NCBI GenBank assembly: GCA_002420425.1
Contig: DIIC01000044.1
Span: 905-64,904, forward strand
Length of the DNA: 64,000 nucleotides
Direction: 5' to 3'
Source of the DNA: Proteobacteria bacterium UBA5680
GTDB taxonomy: Bacteria > Pseudomonadota > Gammaproteobacteria > Arenicellales > UBA5680
Under the pieces are notes generated by a model. It was not told the DNA's origin, searched no databases, and saw nothing but the letters and a program-made list of their open reading frames with translations. The position numbers and the translations under genes were made by a program. Shown piece after piece: positions 32,033 to 42,167 of this stretch (position 1 is the stretch's first letter; every line of letters begins with the position of its first letter).

Positions 32033-32173
32033 GTCTGCTTGTTCCTCTATTTAAAGATCAAAGGGCGACAATAAACAGCCCCGGGCAAGCGGATGTTATC
32101 ATTACACCAATTACTCCTGCCTGAAAACTTGATTTCCAGACATGGAAACCATCAATTATCGAGAAAACGAACA

Positions 32174-32914
32174 TTGAAAAACCGAGAAAATAACCGTGCT
32201 CCAGAAGCGCTGCGCCCGATTGCCATTACCCGCCAGTTTACCCGACATGCCGAAGGCTCCGTACTCATTGCCTTTGGTAATACCCAAGTTCTCTGTACAG
32301 CCTCTGTTGAAGACTCCGTACCGAGATGGCTCAAAGGTAAAAAACAGGGTTGGGTTACAGCTGAATACGGCATGCTGCCCAGATCCACCAACACCAGAAC
32401 CTCCCGCGAAGCTGCCCGGGGAAAACAGTCGGGCCGTACCCTGGAGATTCAGCGCCTGATCGGTCGATCTCTCAGGGCGATCACTGACTTGAGTGCATTG
32501 GGTGAGAGAACCATCACCATTGACTGTGATGCCATCCAGGCCGATGGGGGCACCCGTACGGCATCCATCACGGGTGGGTTTGTTGCTCTTGCTGATGCGA
32601 TGGATTACCTCGTCTCCAGCAACCAACTCCCTTCCACTCCAATAACTCAATATCTTGCCTCTGTCTCGGCTGGAATCTGCCAGGGTGAGGTACTGCTTGA
32701 TCTCGATTATTCTGAAGACTCCACTGCTGAGACAGATATGAATTTTGTAATGACCGAGGATGGACGATTCGTTGAGGTTCAGGGAACGGCTGAAGAGACT
32801 CCTTTTACCGCCGAGCAGATGGCGTCGATGACGACCTATGCCTCTGCCGGTATTGCCGAACTGATCAACCACCAAAAAAATGCACTTAACGGTGAACCAC
32901 CACTCTCATCGTGA
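32174..32914 (+). CDS. rph: Ribonuclease PH
   Basis: Contains [20 protein letters not shown] and other RNase PH blocks. I chose TTG 32174, giving about 246 aa that matches RNase PH length. The longest ORF (ATG 32093) would add 27 non-conserved residues. Confidence 0.9.
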   Translation: MKNRENNRAPEALRPIAITRQFTRHAEGSVLIAFGNTQVLCTASVEDSVPRWLKGKKQGWVTAEYGMLPRSTNTRTSREAARGKQSGRTLEIQRLIGRSLRAITDLSALGERTITIDCDAIQADGGTRTASITGGFVALADAMDYLVSSNQLPSTPITQYLASVSAGICQGEVLLDLDYSEDSTAETDMNFVMTEDGRFVEVQGTAEETPFTAEQMASMTTYASAGIAELINHQKNALNGEPPLSS

Positions 32915-33522
32915 ACAGTTTAGCAACCACGATTGCTCTCGCTAGCGGCAACCAGGGGAAGCTAAGAGAGATGCGGGAACTCCTGGCACCACACCAGCTT
33001 GAGGGGGTCTCCCAGGGATCGCTTGGCATCGATGATGTCCCCGAGACCGGAACCACTTTTATTGAAAATGCGCTAATCAAGGCTCGCCATGCAGCCCTGG
33101 AATCAGGGCTTCCGGCAATCGCTGACGACTCCGGGCTGGTTGTAGATATACTCGGTGGTGCTCCTGGCATCCATTCCGCACGATATGCCGGGGTCGGTGC
33201 GAGTGACAAAGATAACCTGGAATTGCTGCTTGAGTCACTGTCCGAGTACTCCCCTGCACAACGGTCTGCACACTTTCGCTGCACCATGGTCTTTCTTCGA
33301 CACCACGAAGACCCCTCACCTCTTATTACTGAAGGCGTCTGGGATGGAATAATCACTCGCGAACCAAAAGGGGAAAATGGCTTTGGTTACGATCCGATCT
33401 TCTTTGTCCCGACGCACCACTGCACCTCTGCTGAGCTCGACCCTGAGACCAAAAATCAGTTGAGTCACAGAGGAACAGCCCTTCGAGGGCTAATAGAGAA
33501 ACTGCTATTATTGGATGATTAG
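32911..33522 (+). CDS. rdgB: dITP/XTP pyrophosphatase (RdgB/HAM1)
   Basis: 203 aa with [12 protein letters not shown]. Its GTG start overlaps the rph stop by 4 nt. Confidence 0.92.
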   Translation: MNSLATTIALASGNQGKLREMRELLAPHQLEGVSQGSLGIDDVPETGTTFIENALIKARHAALESGLPAIADDSGLVVDILGGAPGIHSARYAGVGASDKDNLELLLESLSEYSPAQRSAHFRCTMVFLRHHEDPSPLITEGVWDGIITREPKGENGFGYDPIFFVPTHHCTSAELDPETKNQLSHRGTALRGLIEKLLLLDD

Positions 33523-33598
33523 ACGATGTTGATTGGTGATAAAATCCACCCTTCCACTCTTTAATCAACAGAAGCCTTGAAACCCTGCTGAGTGTGTA

Positions 33599-34342
33599 AT
33601 GAAAAAAATTGTCCTCCTGCGCCATGGTCAGAGCACCTGGAATCTGGAAAATCGTTTTACCGGCTGGATTGATGTTGATCTCTCTGAGAGAGGGGTCACA
33701 GAAGCCCGTGAGGCGGGAAGAACCCTAAAGCGTGAAGGCTACGAGTTTGATCTTGCCTTCACCTCCTATCTCAAACGTGCCATCCGTACACTATGGATTG
33801 CCCTTGAGGAGATGGATCAGATGTGGCTGCCCACCGCAACAGACTGGCGGCTCAATGAACGCCACTATGGGGCACTTCAGGGGTTGAACAAGCAGGAGAC
33901 GGTAGAAAAATACGGGATTGAACAAGTGATGAAGTGGCGGCGGGGTTATGCCGTTCTCCCCCCAGAACTGGATCCGGAAGATCCCACCCATCCTCGCTTT
34001 GACTCCCGCTATGCCAGGGTACTGAACCCCCCATCAACCGAGTCTCTTTCGATTACACTGGAACGCGTTGTCCCCTACTGGTTTGACACCGTAATCCCTG
34101 CCCTCAAAGCAGGCAGAGCGCCGATCATCGTCGCCCACGGAAACAGTATCCGTGCACTGATCAAGCACCTGGACTCGATCTCAGATGATGAGATCACCGC
34201 ACTCAATATTCCAACTGGAATCCCTCTGGTCTACGAACTGGATGATGACTTCAATGCCGTAAAAAATTACTATCTCGCTGATTCAGCACAACTCGATTCG
34301 GCCCTTAACGAAGTCGCCCATCAGACATCGGCCAGCCACTAA
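33599..34342 (+). CDS. gpmA: 2,3-bisphosphoglycerate-dependent phosphoglycerate mutase
   Basis: 247 aa with [18 protein letters not shown], which includes the catalytic His. Confidence 0.95.
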   Translation: MKKIVLLRHGQSTWNLENRFTGWIDVDLSERGVTEAREAGRTLKREGYEFDLAFTSYLKRAIRTLWIALEEMDQMWLPTATDWRLNERHYGALQGLNKQETVEKYGIEQVMKWRRGYAVLPPELDPEDPTHPRFDSRYARVLNPPSTESLSITLERVVPYWFDTVIPALKAGRAPIIVAHGNSIRALIKHLDSISDDEITALNIPTGIPLVYELDDDFNAVKNYYLADSAQLDSALNEVAHQTSASH

Positions 34343-34381
34343 GAGCTCGAAAGGGCCTCCGTCCTCCTCATTCTGATCCCT

Positions 34382-35509
34382 TCAGGCGGTCTCGGCGTCT
34401 CTCATCGACGCCTTCAGGGCATCAAGACATAATCTCACCGTCTCAGGGCTACTGTTCTGCCCCATCAGTCCAATTCGCCAGACTGTTCCTGCGAGTTGTC
34501 CTAACCCTGCGCCAATCTCAATCCCGTGATCTTCAAGCATCCTGGTCCGTATCTCAGCCTCATCAACTCCATCCGGAACAGTAACCGTCACCAACTGAGG
34601 CAGATGATCTCCCCGAGTGACCGGCACTGATAGTCCCATCGACTCAAGCCCTGCTCGAAGAAGTTCATAGTTACTCTCATATCGGGACCATGCCGCCTCC
34701 AGCCCCTCTTCCTTGAGCATCAGCAGAGATTCATGGAGAGCATAGAGAAGATTGATCGGTGCAGTATGGTGATAGGAACGTCCCCCCTCTGCCTGCCAAT
34801 AGCCCATCAGCAGGTTCAGGTCCAAAAACCAGCTCTGTACTTTGGTCCTGCGATTAGCGACCACCTCCAACGCTTTTGGGCCGAAGGTTACCGGTGAGAG
34901 CCCGGGGGGGGAGGCAAGACATTTCTGTGAGCCTGAGTAAACCGCATCGGCGCCCCACTCATCAATGCTCACCTCTATCCCTCCAAGTGAGGTCACCGTA
35001 TCAACAATGGTCAAACAATCATGTTCCTGTGCCAGGCGACAGAGTTCTGCTGCATCTGAGCGCGCACCTGTTGACGTTTCAGCCTGGACAAAGGCGACAA
35101 TCTTTGCCCCGGGATGGGCCTTAAGCGCGGCCTCCGCCTTGACAACATCTACAGGTTGTCCCCAGTCATCGTCGACAGTGACGGCCACCCCTCCGCAACG
35201 GGTGACGTTCTCCTCCATCCGTCCACCGAACACCCCATTCTTGCAGACAATGGCCGTATCGCCCGGTTCGACAAGGTTGACAAAACAACACTCCATTCCT
35301 GCCGACCCTGGGCCGGAGATCGGGAGTGTCATCCGGTTTTCAGTTTTAAAGGCAAACCGCAGCAGGCTACGGATCTCATCCATCATGCCAACGAAAGCAC
35401 TGTCCAGATGGCCAATAGTGGGTCGGGCCATCGCCTCAAGAACGCGATCAGAGACATTACAGGGGCCTGGCCCGAGCAAGGTGCGTTGGGGAGGAATAAA
35501 AGAGTGCAT
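34382..35509 (-). CDS. Class V aminotransferase (serine-pyruvate / alanine-glyoxylate type)
   Basis: 375 aa with the PLP-lysine context YSGSQKCLASPPGLS. The exact substrate cannot be determined from sequence alone. Confidence 0.85.
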   Translation of the reverse strand: MHSFIPPQRTLLGPGPCNVSDRVLEAMARPTIGHLDSAFVGMMDEIRSLLRFAFKTENRMTLPISGPGSAGMECCFVNLVEPGDTAIVCKNGVFGGRMEENVTRCGGVAVTVDDDWGQPVDVVKAEAALKAHPGAKIVAFVQAETSTGARSDAAELCRLAQEHDCLTIVDTVTSLGGIEVSIDEWGADAVYSGSQKCLASPPGLSPVTFGPKALEVVANRRTKVQSWFLDLNLLMGYWQAEGGRSYHHTAPINLLYALHESLLMLKEEGLEAAWSRYESNYELLRAGLESMGLSVPVTRGDHLPQLVTVTVPDGVDEAEIRTRMLEDHGIEIGAGLGQLAGTVWRIGLMGQNSSPETVRLCLDALKASMRDAETA

Positions 35510-35645
35510 GTGAGAGACTTCCTTGAAGTTAAACGTTTAATAATTACACCATAACCGAATTTTCTCTCTATTCCCCCTGACTGACCACTCTCCCCATGGG
35601 ATAGATGCTCCCAGAATGGGACAGCGAAGGGATCTGCCGTTTGGG

Positions 35646-36815
35646 TTAATCCCTTCTCAGTCGATCCGAGAGGGCGATGGGTGTCGGGTAGCGAAGCACC
35701 ACAAGATAGGATGAGCCCACAAAAGTGAGCAGGGTTGCAAGCTGGACAAGATTTACAGCCATCCCACTGATCAGCCCGGATTGCGCTGCGATAAAGACAA
35801 TCAGCAGAGAGAACTCACTCATCTGCCCAAGCCGCCAACCAATTTCAAGACCCAGCTCCCTGGACTCTGCGACCCCAACCAGCAGGAGACGATAGACCAG
35901 GGGTTTGAGCAACAAGACCCCGGCAGCCAGTAAAAGGGCGCCCCACCAGATCTCTCTTGCCCCGGCGACATCAAATCCGGCGCCGATCGCAAAAAAGAAC
36001 ATGATCAGGAAAAAATCTCTCAGGGGCCTCAGGCTATCAGCAATATGTCGTGCGATCGGGCTGGTGGCAACAGCAACTCCCCCAATAAAGGCACCGATCT
36101 CGTAGGTGAGGCCGAGAGCTTCAGCACTCTGGGCAACTCCCAGGCACCAGCCGATAGCAAGGAGAAAGACATATTCGGGAAAACGGTCAAAACGGGCAAA
36201 AAGAGGCTGAAGCAAAAAATGTTCCAGAGCCCAGGCAACCAACAGCAGCGATGGGAGTGCAATCACCAGCTGGATGATGCCCGAGAGCTCCATCCCTTCA
36301 CTATCGAGTCCTTTCATCACCATCAATACAACGATGGCTATCAGGTCCTGGAGAAGAAGAATACTGATCACGACTTCACCGGTATGGCGGTGGTGAAGAA
36401 CGGTTGTCGGCAGTAATTTCAATCCTACAATGGTGCTGGAAAAGACGACAGCGACACCCACAGCCATACTGTCAGTACTCCCCAGGCCCGCCAGAGATGC
36501 GATCGCATATCCCATCACGGCAAAGATGAGTGTGCTGAATACAATCACAATGGTGGTCTGGCGAAAGAGCTGCACCAGTTTCTGGGGATAGAGATCTAAT
36601 CCCAGCAGGAAGAGGAGAAATATAATGCCAATATGGGCGATCTCACTAATCAGATCGGTGTCGCTAACAAGGCCAAACCCAGAGGGACCGAGCAGGACAC
36701 CAAGGGCAATGTACGCTACCAGGAGGGTCTGCCTGGCAAACAGGGCTATCGTAGAGAGCACTGCTGCTCCGGTAAAAACGAGAAAAATAGAGAAGAGAAT
36801 GTCCTGGCTCATCAA
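35646..36815 (-). CDS. Cation:proton antiporter (CPA2-like, membrane domain only)
   Basis: 389 aa, almost entirely hydrophobic helices, with no C-terminal TrkA/RCK domain. Confidence 0.8.
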   Translation of the reverse strand: MMSQDILFSIFLVFTGAAVLSTIALFARQTLLVAYIALGVLLGPSGFGLVSDTDLISEIAHIGIIFLLFLLGLDLYPQKLVQLFRQTTIVIVFSTLIFAVMGYAIASLAGLGSTDSMAVGVAVVFSSTIVGLKLLPTTVLHHRHTGEVVISILLLQDLIAIVVLMVMKGLDSEGMELSGIIQLVIALPSLLLVAWALEHFLLQPLFARFDRFPEYVFLLAIGWCLGVAQSAEALGLTYEIGAFIGGVAVATSPIARHIADSLRPLRDFFLIMFFFAIGAGFDVAGAREIWWGALLLAAGVLLLKPLVYRLLLVGVAESRELGLEIGWRLGQMSEFSLLIVFIAAQSGLISGMAVNLVQLATLLTFVGSSYLVVLRYPTPIALSDRLRRD

Positions 36816-36933
36816 ATCAAATCACGTTCATCTTGATCAGGAGCGCCTCTTGCCTCACTCGTTGTTGTCATGGGCTCTGGACTGGCTTTTCACTGTGGCT
36901 TGTATTACTCATCTTGTTTGATCAGTCGCTCGT

Positions 36934-37545
36934 TCACTCTACAGCACGTTCACCGGTAAAGTAGCCGGGAGCCTCGCCCTCTCTCCACTTGATATTACAC
37001 CCCATACTCGGCTTTTGAATCTCTCGCTGCGGCTCCCCTGCCAGAAGGCGATCAACCGCCTCACGCAGGTCCTCCCCGGTAATGGGGATCTCTTCCCTGC
37101 CTGGTCTCGCACCATCAAACTGTCCTCGGTAGACGAGTTTTTTGCTCCTGTCGAAAAGAAAGAAATCGGGTGTACAGGCTGCAGCGTAGGCGACAGCAAC
37201 TGCCTGGCTCTGATCAAAAAGATAGGGGTAGGTAAACCCATGCCTTTTCGCCTCCTCGGCCATCTTCAGAGGGCCATCATCCGGATGGCTCGATGCATCA
37301 TTGGAGCTGATCGCCACCACCGCCAGCCCCTTCGCCCGGTACTCCCTGGCAAAGGCGGTAAAGGCCTCCCGGATATGGATAACGTAGGGGCAGTGGTTGC
37401 AGACAAATGCGACCAGCAGTGCCGGTGACTGGTCGAAGTCGCTGAGGGCCACCCGCTCTTGAGCCAGGCTCCGGTTGGTGTTGGGAAGCGAGAAATCAGG
37501 AGCCACTGTTCCCAGATCAAGCATCGTTGAGGCCGTTTGTACCAT
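36934..37545 (-). CDS. Thioredoxin-fold (AhpC/TSA/redoxin-like) protein
   Basis: 203 aa with a CNHCPY (CxxC) motif in a redoxin-like context. It lies 16 nt downstream of moeB on the same strand. Confidence 0.75.
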   Translation of the reverse strand: MVQTASTMLDLGTVAPDFSLPNTNRSLAQERVALSDFDQSPALLVAFVCNHCPYVIHIREAFTAFAREYRAKGLAVVAISSNDASSHPDDGPLKMAEEAKRHGFTYPYLFDQSQAVAVAYAAACTPDFFLFDRSKKLVYRGQFDGARPGREEIPITGEDLREAVDRLLAGEPQREIQKPSMGCNIKWREGEAPGYFTGERAVE

Positions 37546-37561
37546 TGTTAGCTCTCCTTTG

Positions 37562-38332
37562 TCAGCTATTGGAGACCGCTTCTCCCGGAGAGATACTGCA
37601 GACCGGGCAGTTGGGATCTTTTGTCAATTTCATCACGCTCCACTCCATGGTGCGGGCATCGAGAATCAGCAGTCGACCCGTCAGGGTCTCCCCCAGATCG
37701 AGCAGCACCTTGATGGTCTCGGTCGCCTCTATGGTTCCTATGATCCCTACCACAGGACCGAGCACTCCAGTCTCAGCACACCGCTCACCAAGTTCGCCTG
37801 TCTCAGGATAGAGGCATCGATAACACGGCGAATCGGGAAGATCGAGTCGATAGACGGAAACCTGGCCCTCCATTCGAATTGCCGCACCCGAGACCAGCGG
37901 AGTACGTGCCTGATGACAGAGACGATTGAGCTCGAAACGAGAACCAAAGTTGTCGGTTGCATCAACCACCACGTCTGCCGCCTCTATCTGTGCCAGCAAC
38001 TCATCACCCGAAAGGCGGTGGCCTATCATCTCTACCGTAACGTCCGGGTTCAGCTCTTCGATGGTAGAACGGGCAGACTCTGCTTTAGGGGCACCGATAT
38101 CACCCGTACCGTGGATAATCTGACGCTGAAGGTTTGAAAGCTCTACATGATCAAAGTCTGAAATCACAAGATGACCCACACCGGATGAAGCGAGATACAT
38201 TGCAATGGGGGATCCCAGGCCACCGAGACCGATGAGCAGGACCCGGGAATCCAGCAACTTCTCCTGCCCCGCAATATCGATGCCGGAGATATGAATCTGG
38301 CGGCTGTAGCGTAGTAAACTGGCATCTTCCAT
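37562..38332 (-). CDS. moeB: Molybdopterin-synthase adenylyltransferase MoeB
   Basis: 256 aa with LLIGLGGLGSP nucleotide binding and the zinc motifs CYRCLYPE and CPVC. It aligns along its length with E. coli MoeB as I recall it and has no rhodanese extension. Confidence 0.88.
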   Translation of the reverse strand: MEDASLLRYSRQIHISGIDIAGQEKLLDSRVLLIGLGGLGSPIAMYLASSGVGHLVISDFDHVELSNLQRQIIHGTGDIGAPKAESARSTIEELNPDVTVEMIGHRLSGDELLAQIEAADVVVDATDNFGSRFELNRLCHQARTPLVSGAAIRMEGQVSVYRLDLPDSPCYRCLYPETGELGERCAETGVLGPVVGIIGTIEATETIKVLLDLGETLTGRLLILDARTMEWSVMKLTKDPNCPVCSISPGEAVSNS

Positions 38333-38389
38333 GGCTTAAAGTCTATCACGCCGATAAAAAAGCATTCAGATGACTTGCTTCCCCCTGAT

Positions 38390-38407
38390 GGAAACGGTAG
38401 CGTTTCC
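38390..38407 (+). promoter_or_regulatory. Perfect 7-bp inverted repeat upstream of moaC (operator or 5'-UTR hairpin candidate)
   Basis: GGAAACG-gtag-CGTTTCC lies 37 nt upstream of the moaC ATG, in the moeB/moaC divergent region. Confidence 0.3.
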
Positions 38408-38443
38408 CTTAAATAACTACCTCCAAACCTGTGAGAATCCAGC

Positions 38444-38929
38444 ATGAGCGACCTTACCCATTTTGATGCCCAAGGCAATGTCCATATGGTTGACGTCGGA
38501 CACAAAGAGATGACTTCTCGCCTTGCTAAAGCTGAAGGCAGAATCACCATGAACCCCGCAACCCTCCAAAAGATCCAGGAGGGCGCTCATAAAAAGGGGG
38601 ACGTCCTGGGAATTGCTCGGGTTGCCGGAATCATGGCCGCAAAACAGACATCCACACTTGTCCCCCTGTGCCATCCCCTGACACTGACCCGGGTTGCTGT
38701 TGACCTCGAAGTTGATGCCGCAAAGAGCGCTGTAATCTGTACTGCCACCACTGAGACCCATGAACGAACAGGGGTTGAAATGGAGGCACTGACCGCTGTC
38801 CAGATTACTCTTCTCACCATCTACGATATGTGCAAGGCCGTTGATCGTGGCATGGAGCTGGGGGGAGTTCGACTGCTTGAGAAGAGAGGCGGCAAATCCG
38901 GACACTGGCAACGGGAGCACTCTGATTGA
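38444..38929 (+). CDS. moaC: Cyclic pyranopterin monophosphate synthase MoaC
   Basis: 161 aa with [18 protein letters not shown] and the conserved core PLCHPL. Confidence 0.93.
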   Translation: MSDLTHFDAQGNVHMVDVGHKEMTSRLAKAEGRITMNPATLQKIQEGAHKKGDVLGIARVAGIMAAKQTSTLVPLCHPLTLTRVAVDLEVDAAKSAVICTATTETHERTGVEMEALTAVQITLLTIYDMCKAVDRGMELGGVRLLEKRGGKSGHWQREHSD

Positions 38930-38990
38930 GCAACGCCTCCAGGGTCATACTCAAGACTCTGCAGGTTATTCCACTGTGGGCAGGGCTCTG

Positions 38991-39434
38991 CTACTTAAAG
39001 GTTTCAACCTCGAAGGTCGCGCCCTCAATGCCCACAATCCTGACCTGACTCCCTGCAGGGGCATCCTCGCCTCTCGCCCTCCACACAGTATCCTCAACCC
39101 GAACCTTTCCAATCCCATTTTCGATCGGCTCCTCAATCGTAACCACTCTGCCTATATATTTGTTCCCTCGTTGGCTCAGGGTTGATTTCTCTTCCTTGTC
39201 CTTTTGAAAGATGAATCTGGAGACAAAGATGGAGACCATTGAAAAAAGCGCAAAGATAGTCAGCTGAGCCTCCCAGGGGAGGGATGGCGAAAAATAGAGT
39301 ACCGCCCCGACGACTCCTGCCGAAATACCCATCCAGAGAAAGAAAGTGCCCGGCGCCGCAATCTCGACTACGACCAGAATTACCCCCAGGATCCACCATG
39401 TCCAGTGAGAAAAATTACTAATATATTCCGCCAT
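38991..39434 (-). CDS. NfeD-family membrane protein (YbbJ-like)
   Basis: 147 aa with N-terminal transmembrane helices and a C-terminal OB-like domain (GKVRVEDTVWRARGEDAPAGSQVRIVGIEG). It starts 3 nt after the SPFH gene stop. Confidence 0.8.
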   Translation of the reverse strand: MAEYISNFSHWTWWILGVILVVVEIAAPGTFFLWMGISAGVVGAVLYFSPSLPWEAQLTIFALFSMVSIFVSRFIFQKDKEEKSTLSQRGNKYIGRVVTIEEPIENGIGKVRVEDTVWRARGEDAPAGSQVRIVGIEGATFEVETFK

Positions 39435-39436
39435 AA

Positions 39437-40531
39437 TCAGCCACTATTGTTGTTGTTGAAAATATTTTTTGACAGCTCCCCGATCCCTGCTAACGACCCA
39501 AGGATTCCGCTTACCTCCATTGGCAGAAGCACCAGCTTCTCATTCTCTGCTGTACCAATGGCCTGCAGAGCCTCTACATACTTTTGTGCGACAAAGTAGT
39601 TGATGGCCTGTGCATCACCGCTTTTAATCGCATCAGAGACCAGCTGTGTTGCTCTGGCTTCCGCCTCAGCCAACCTCTCCCGGGCTTCAGCATCGCGAAA
39701 AGCGGACTCTTTTCGCCCTTCTGCATCAAGAATAGCCGCTTGCTTCTCACCCTCTGCACGCAGGATTTCAGATTGTCGTTTGCCCTCTGCTTCAAGGATA
39801 TCTGCTCGCTTCTGCCGCTCAGCTTTCATCTGCCGGCTCATTGCCTCGACCAGATCTTTTGGAGGTTCAAGATCCTTGATCTCGATTCGAGTTACTTTGA
39901 CCCCCCACGGATCTGTTGCCGCATCGACCACACTCAATAACTTGGCATTAATCTCATCTCTGTTGGAGAGGATTTCATCCAGGTTCATAGCGCCAAGAAC
40001 AGTTCTGATGTTGGTCAGGCAGAGGTTTTGCATCGCCACATCAAGCCGGCTTACCTCATAGGTTGCTTTTGCCGCATCCAGAATCTGATAGAAAACCACA
40101 CCATCTGCAACAATCGCTGCATTATCGCGCGAGATAACACTCTGCTGCTGGATGTCGATCACCTGCTCCATCATATTGACCTTGTGCACTATCCGATCAA
40201 TAAAGGGGACGATAAAGTTAAGGCCCGGGGTCAGTGATTTAGTAAAGCGGCCAAACCGCTCCACATTGTGCTGGCTTCCCTGGGGAACCGTTTTTACTCC
40301 GGAGAAAATCAGTACCACCACAAGAACGACAACAATAATGGTAAAGATGCTGGCCCCGCCTATTCCATCCTCAGCCATGGCCCCCGATGAAAAAAGTGAC
40401 AAAGGGAAGAATGCCGTTAACTGTCCAATGAACGTTTTCACTATATTTTCTCCATCAAAGAAGCTTAACAAAACAATAAACACAATTGCGATTGAAGCGA
40501 GGGGTTTCAATGAGGCCAATATCCTTTTCAC
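39437..40531 (-). CDS. qmcA: SPFH/band-7 (stomatin-like) protein, QmcA-like
   Basis: Strong resemblance to E. coli QmcA as I recall it (VPQG...ERFGRFTKSLTPGLNFIVPFIDRI...NYFVAQKYVEALQ). The longest ORF adds about 51 hydrophobic residues at the N-terminus. An alternative start is ATG 40378 (MAEDGIGG...). Confidence 0.88.
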   Translation of the reverse strand: MKRILASLKPLASIAIVFIVLLSFFDGENIVKTFIGQLTAFFPLSLFSSGAMAEDGIGGASIFTIIVVVLVVVLIFSGVKTVPQGSQHNVERFGRFTKSLTPGLNFIVPFIDRIVHKVNMMEQVIDIQQQSVISRDNAAIVADGVVFYQILDAAKATYEVSRLDVAMQNLCLTNIRTVLGAMNLDEILSNRDEINAKLLSVVDAATDPWGVKVTRIEIKDLEPPKDLVEAMSRQMKAERQKRADILEAEGKRQSEILRAEGEKQAAILDAEGRKESAFRDAEARERLAEAEARATQLVSDAIKSGDAQAINYFVAQKYVEALQAIGTAENEKLVLLPMEVSGILGSLAGIGELSKNIFNNNNSG

Positions 40532-40668
40532 TACTCCCTCCTGTTGCAGAACTGGATGACTGCGCCATCTCGTCGTGAGATAGACTACTATATGCTGCCC
40601 TCATGGTACTATAAGTGTTTTTACCGCTGTGTCTAATTGGATCGATATGGAGTTAATAATCCCCCCCC

Positions 40669-41238
40669 ATGAGAGCAGATATCTCCCGCTGGGATGAGAA
40701 ATACCGGCCTTCTAATCCCAACCCCTCTTTTGATCCAGAGCCCCTGCTGACTGACTATAATACCCTGCTCAAATCAGGCGGCCGATCCCTTGATATTGCC
40801 TGTGGTGTCGGCCAGAACACCCTTTTCCTTGCCCGCTCCGGCTATGAGAGCTATGCGGTTGACGGCAGTCTGGTCGGGCTCCGTTATCTCAAGGAGAGGG
40901 CCAGTGAGACGGGCTTGAATATCTACCCCTTTGCTGCTGATCTCGACCAGTGGACCCCTCCGGCCGACACTTTTGATCTGATTGTGGTTATCCGCTTTCT
41001 CAACCGAACACTTTTTCCTGCCATTATCGACAGCTTAAGGCCTGGAGGGGTGTTGATCTACAAGACCTTGAATTTGAACTTTCTAAGGCTTCGGCCTGAC
41101 ACCAGGCCCGAGTATCTGCTCAGACCCGGTGAGTTCAGCCGGGCTTTTTCCAGCCTCGCTATGGTAGCCACCGATGAAGGTGAAGAGGGAGAGAGCTGTA
41201 CTACCTTTTTCATTGGCACCCGGCCATTGACAAACTGA
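40669..41238 (+). CDS. Class I SAM-dependent methyltransferase (TehB-like)
   Basis: 189 aa with SAM motif I SLDIACGVGQNTLFLA. Confidence 0.75.
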   Translation: MRADISRWDEKYRPSNPNPSFDPEPLLTDYNTLLKSGGRSLDIACGVGQNTLFLARSGYESYAVDGSLVGLRYLKERASETGLNIYPFAADLDQWTPPADTFDLIVVIRFLNRTLFPAIIDSLRPGGVLIYKTLNLNFLRLRPDTRPEYLLRPGEFSRAFSSLAMVATDEGEEGESCTTFFIGTRPLTN

Positions 41239-41861
41239 TGGATACCTTCAACTTTCCAGGCACCAGCCGGATTCGGGAGGCGTTGAACAACCACGCTCCA
41301 AAGCGCTACCCCTCAACACCCGACCAGCAGGCTGCTGTAGCCATGGTGTTGTGTCGACAGCCACACCTCCGGCTTCTCTTTATTGAAAGAGCCAGAGACC
41401 CGGCTGATCCCTGGTCTGGCCACATCGCATTTCCAGGGGGAAGACGTGATCCGGAAGACACCGATGAACGAGCCGCTGCAACCAGAGAGACCCGGGAAGA
41501 GGTTGGCATCGACCTCACTTTGGGCGAATACCTCGGAAGAGTCGACGACATGGCTGGACGATCTGCAGGACCCACTGTAAAACTGGTGATCTCCTGTTTT
41601 GTCTTTCTGCTTGAGAGCCCCCTACCTGTCACCCTGAGCTATGAGGTCGAAGACACCCTCTGGGTACCCCTTGTCCGCCTCGCTGACCCTGATGCTCATA
41701 TTCTCTATCCTCACCCCCCCGACCCCTCTCTGGAGTACCCGGCAATCCGGATTGGAGAGCAGTCACAACACCTTGTTTGGGGGTTAACTCACCGCTTCCT
41801 CACCCGCTTCTTTAGAATCATTGGCCATCCGCTACCGATAGAGTCGAAGATCAGCCCATAG
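41238..41861 (+). CDS. NUDIX hydrolase, CoA-pyrophosphatase-like
   Basis: 207 aa with Nudix box FPGGRRDPEDTDERAAATRETREEVGI, preceded by an LLFIERA...GHIAFPGG segment like NudL. It overlaps the methyltransferase stop by 1 nt. Confidence 0.8.
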   Translation: MDTFNFPGTSRIREALNNHAPKRYPSTPDQQAAVAMVLCRQPHLRLLFIERARDPADPWSGHIAFPGGRRDPEDTDERAAATRETREEVGIDLTLGEYLGRVDDMAGRSAGPTVKLVISCFVFLLESPLPVTLSYEVEDTLWVPLVRLADPDAHILYPHPPDPSLEYPAIRIGEQSQHLVWGLTHRFLTRFFRIIGHPLPIESKISP

Positions 41862-42117
41862 CCGTATCAGGGCATCCGTTTCCAAGCTTTTTTGCACTTG
41901 CTCTGCAGATAGAGTATTGATGATTTCTCTCAAGAAAAATCAGGTTTGATTGGCCAATCGATTATAAATTTTATTGATCTCCAGCAGCCTTGCAGGGGAA
42001 TTTACCAACAACCCTCTAAGATTTGAGGTCTTATTATAATTCTTTTATTTGTTCCCTAGCGAAGAGGGGTTATTAGCTGCTGCTGCCTGGGACTCCTGTG
42101 GTATAAAGCTCTCTCCT

Positions 42118-42144
42118 GAGGGTTGAGCCCTCTTATTTTTTCTT
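42118..42144 (+). terminator. Terminator-like hairpin plus U-tract in the moaA leader (attenuator or riboswitch expression-platform candidate)
   Basis: GAGGG-ttgag-CCCTC is followed by TTATTTTTTCTT, 24 nt before the moaA GTG. The CCCTCTT segment (42128-42134) can instead pair with AAGAGGG (42062-42068). Confidence 0.35.
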
Positions 42145-42167
42145 AATCAGGTTCCTTAATTTTCACT

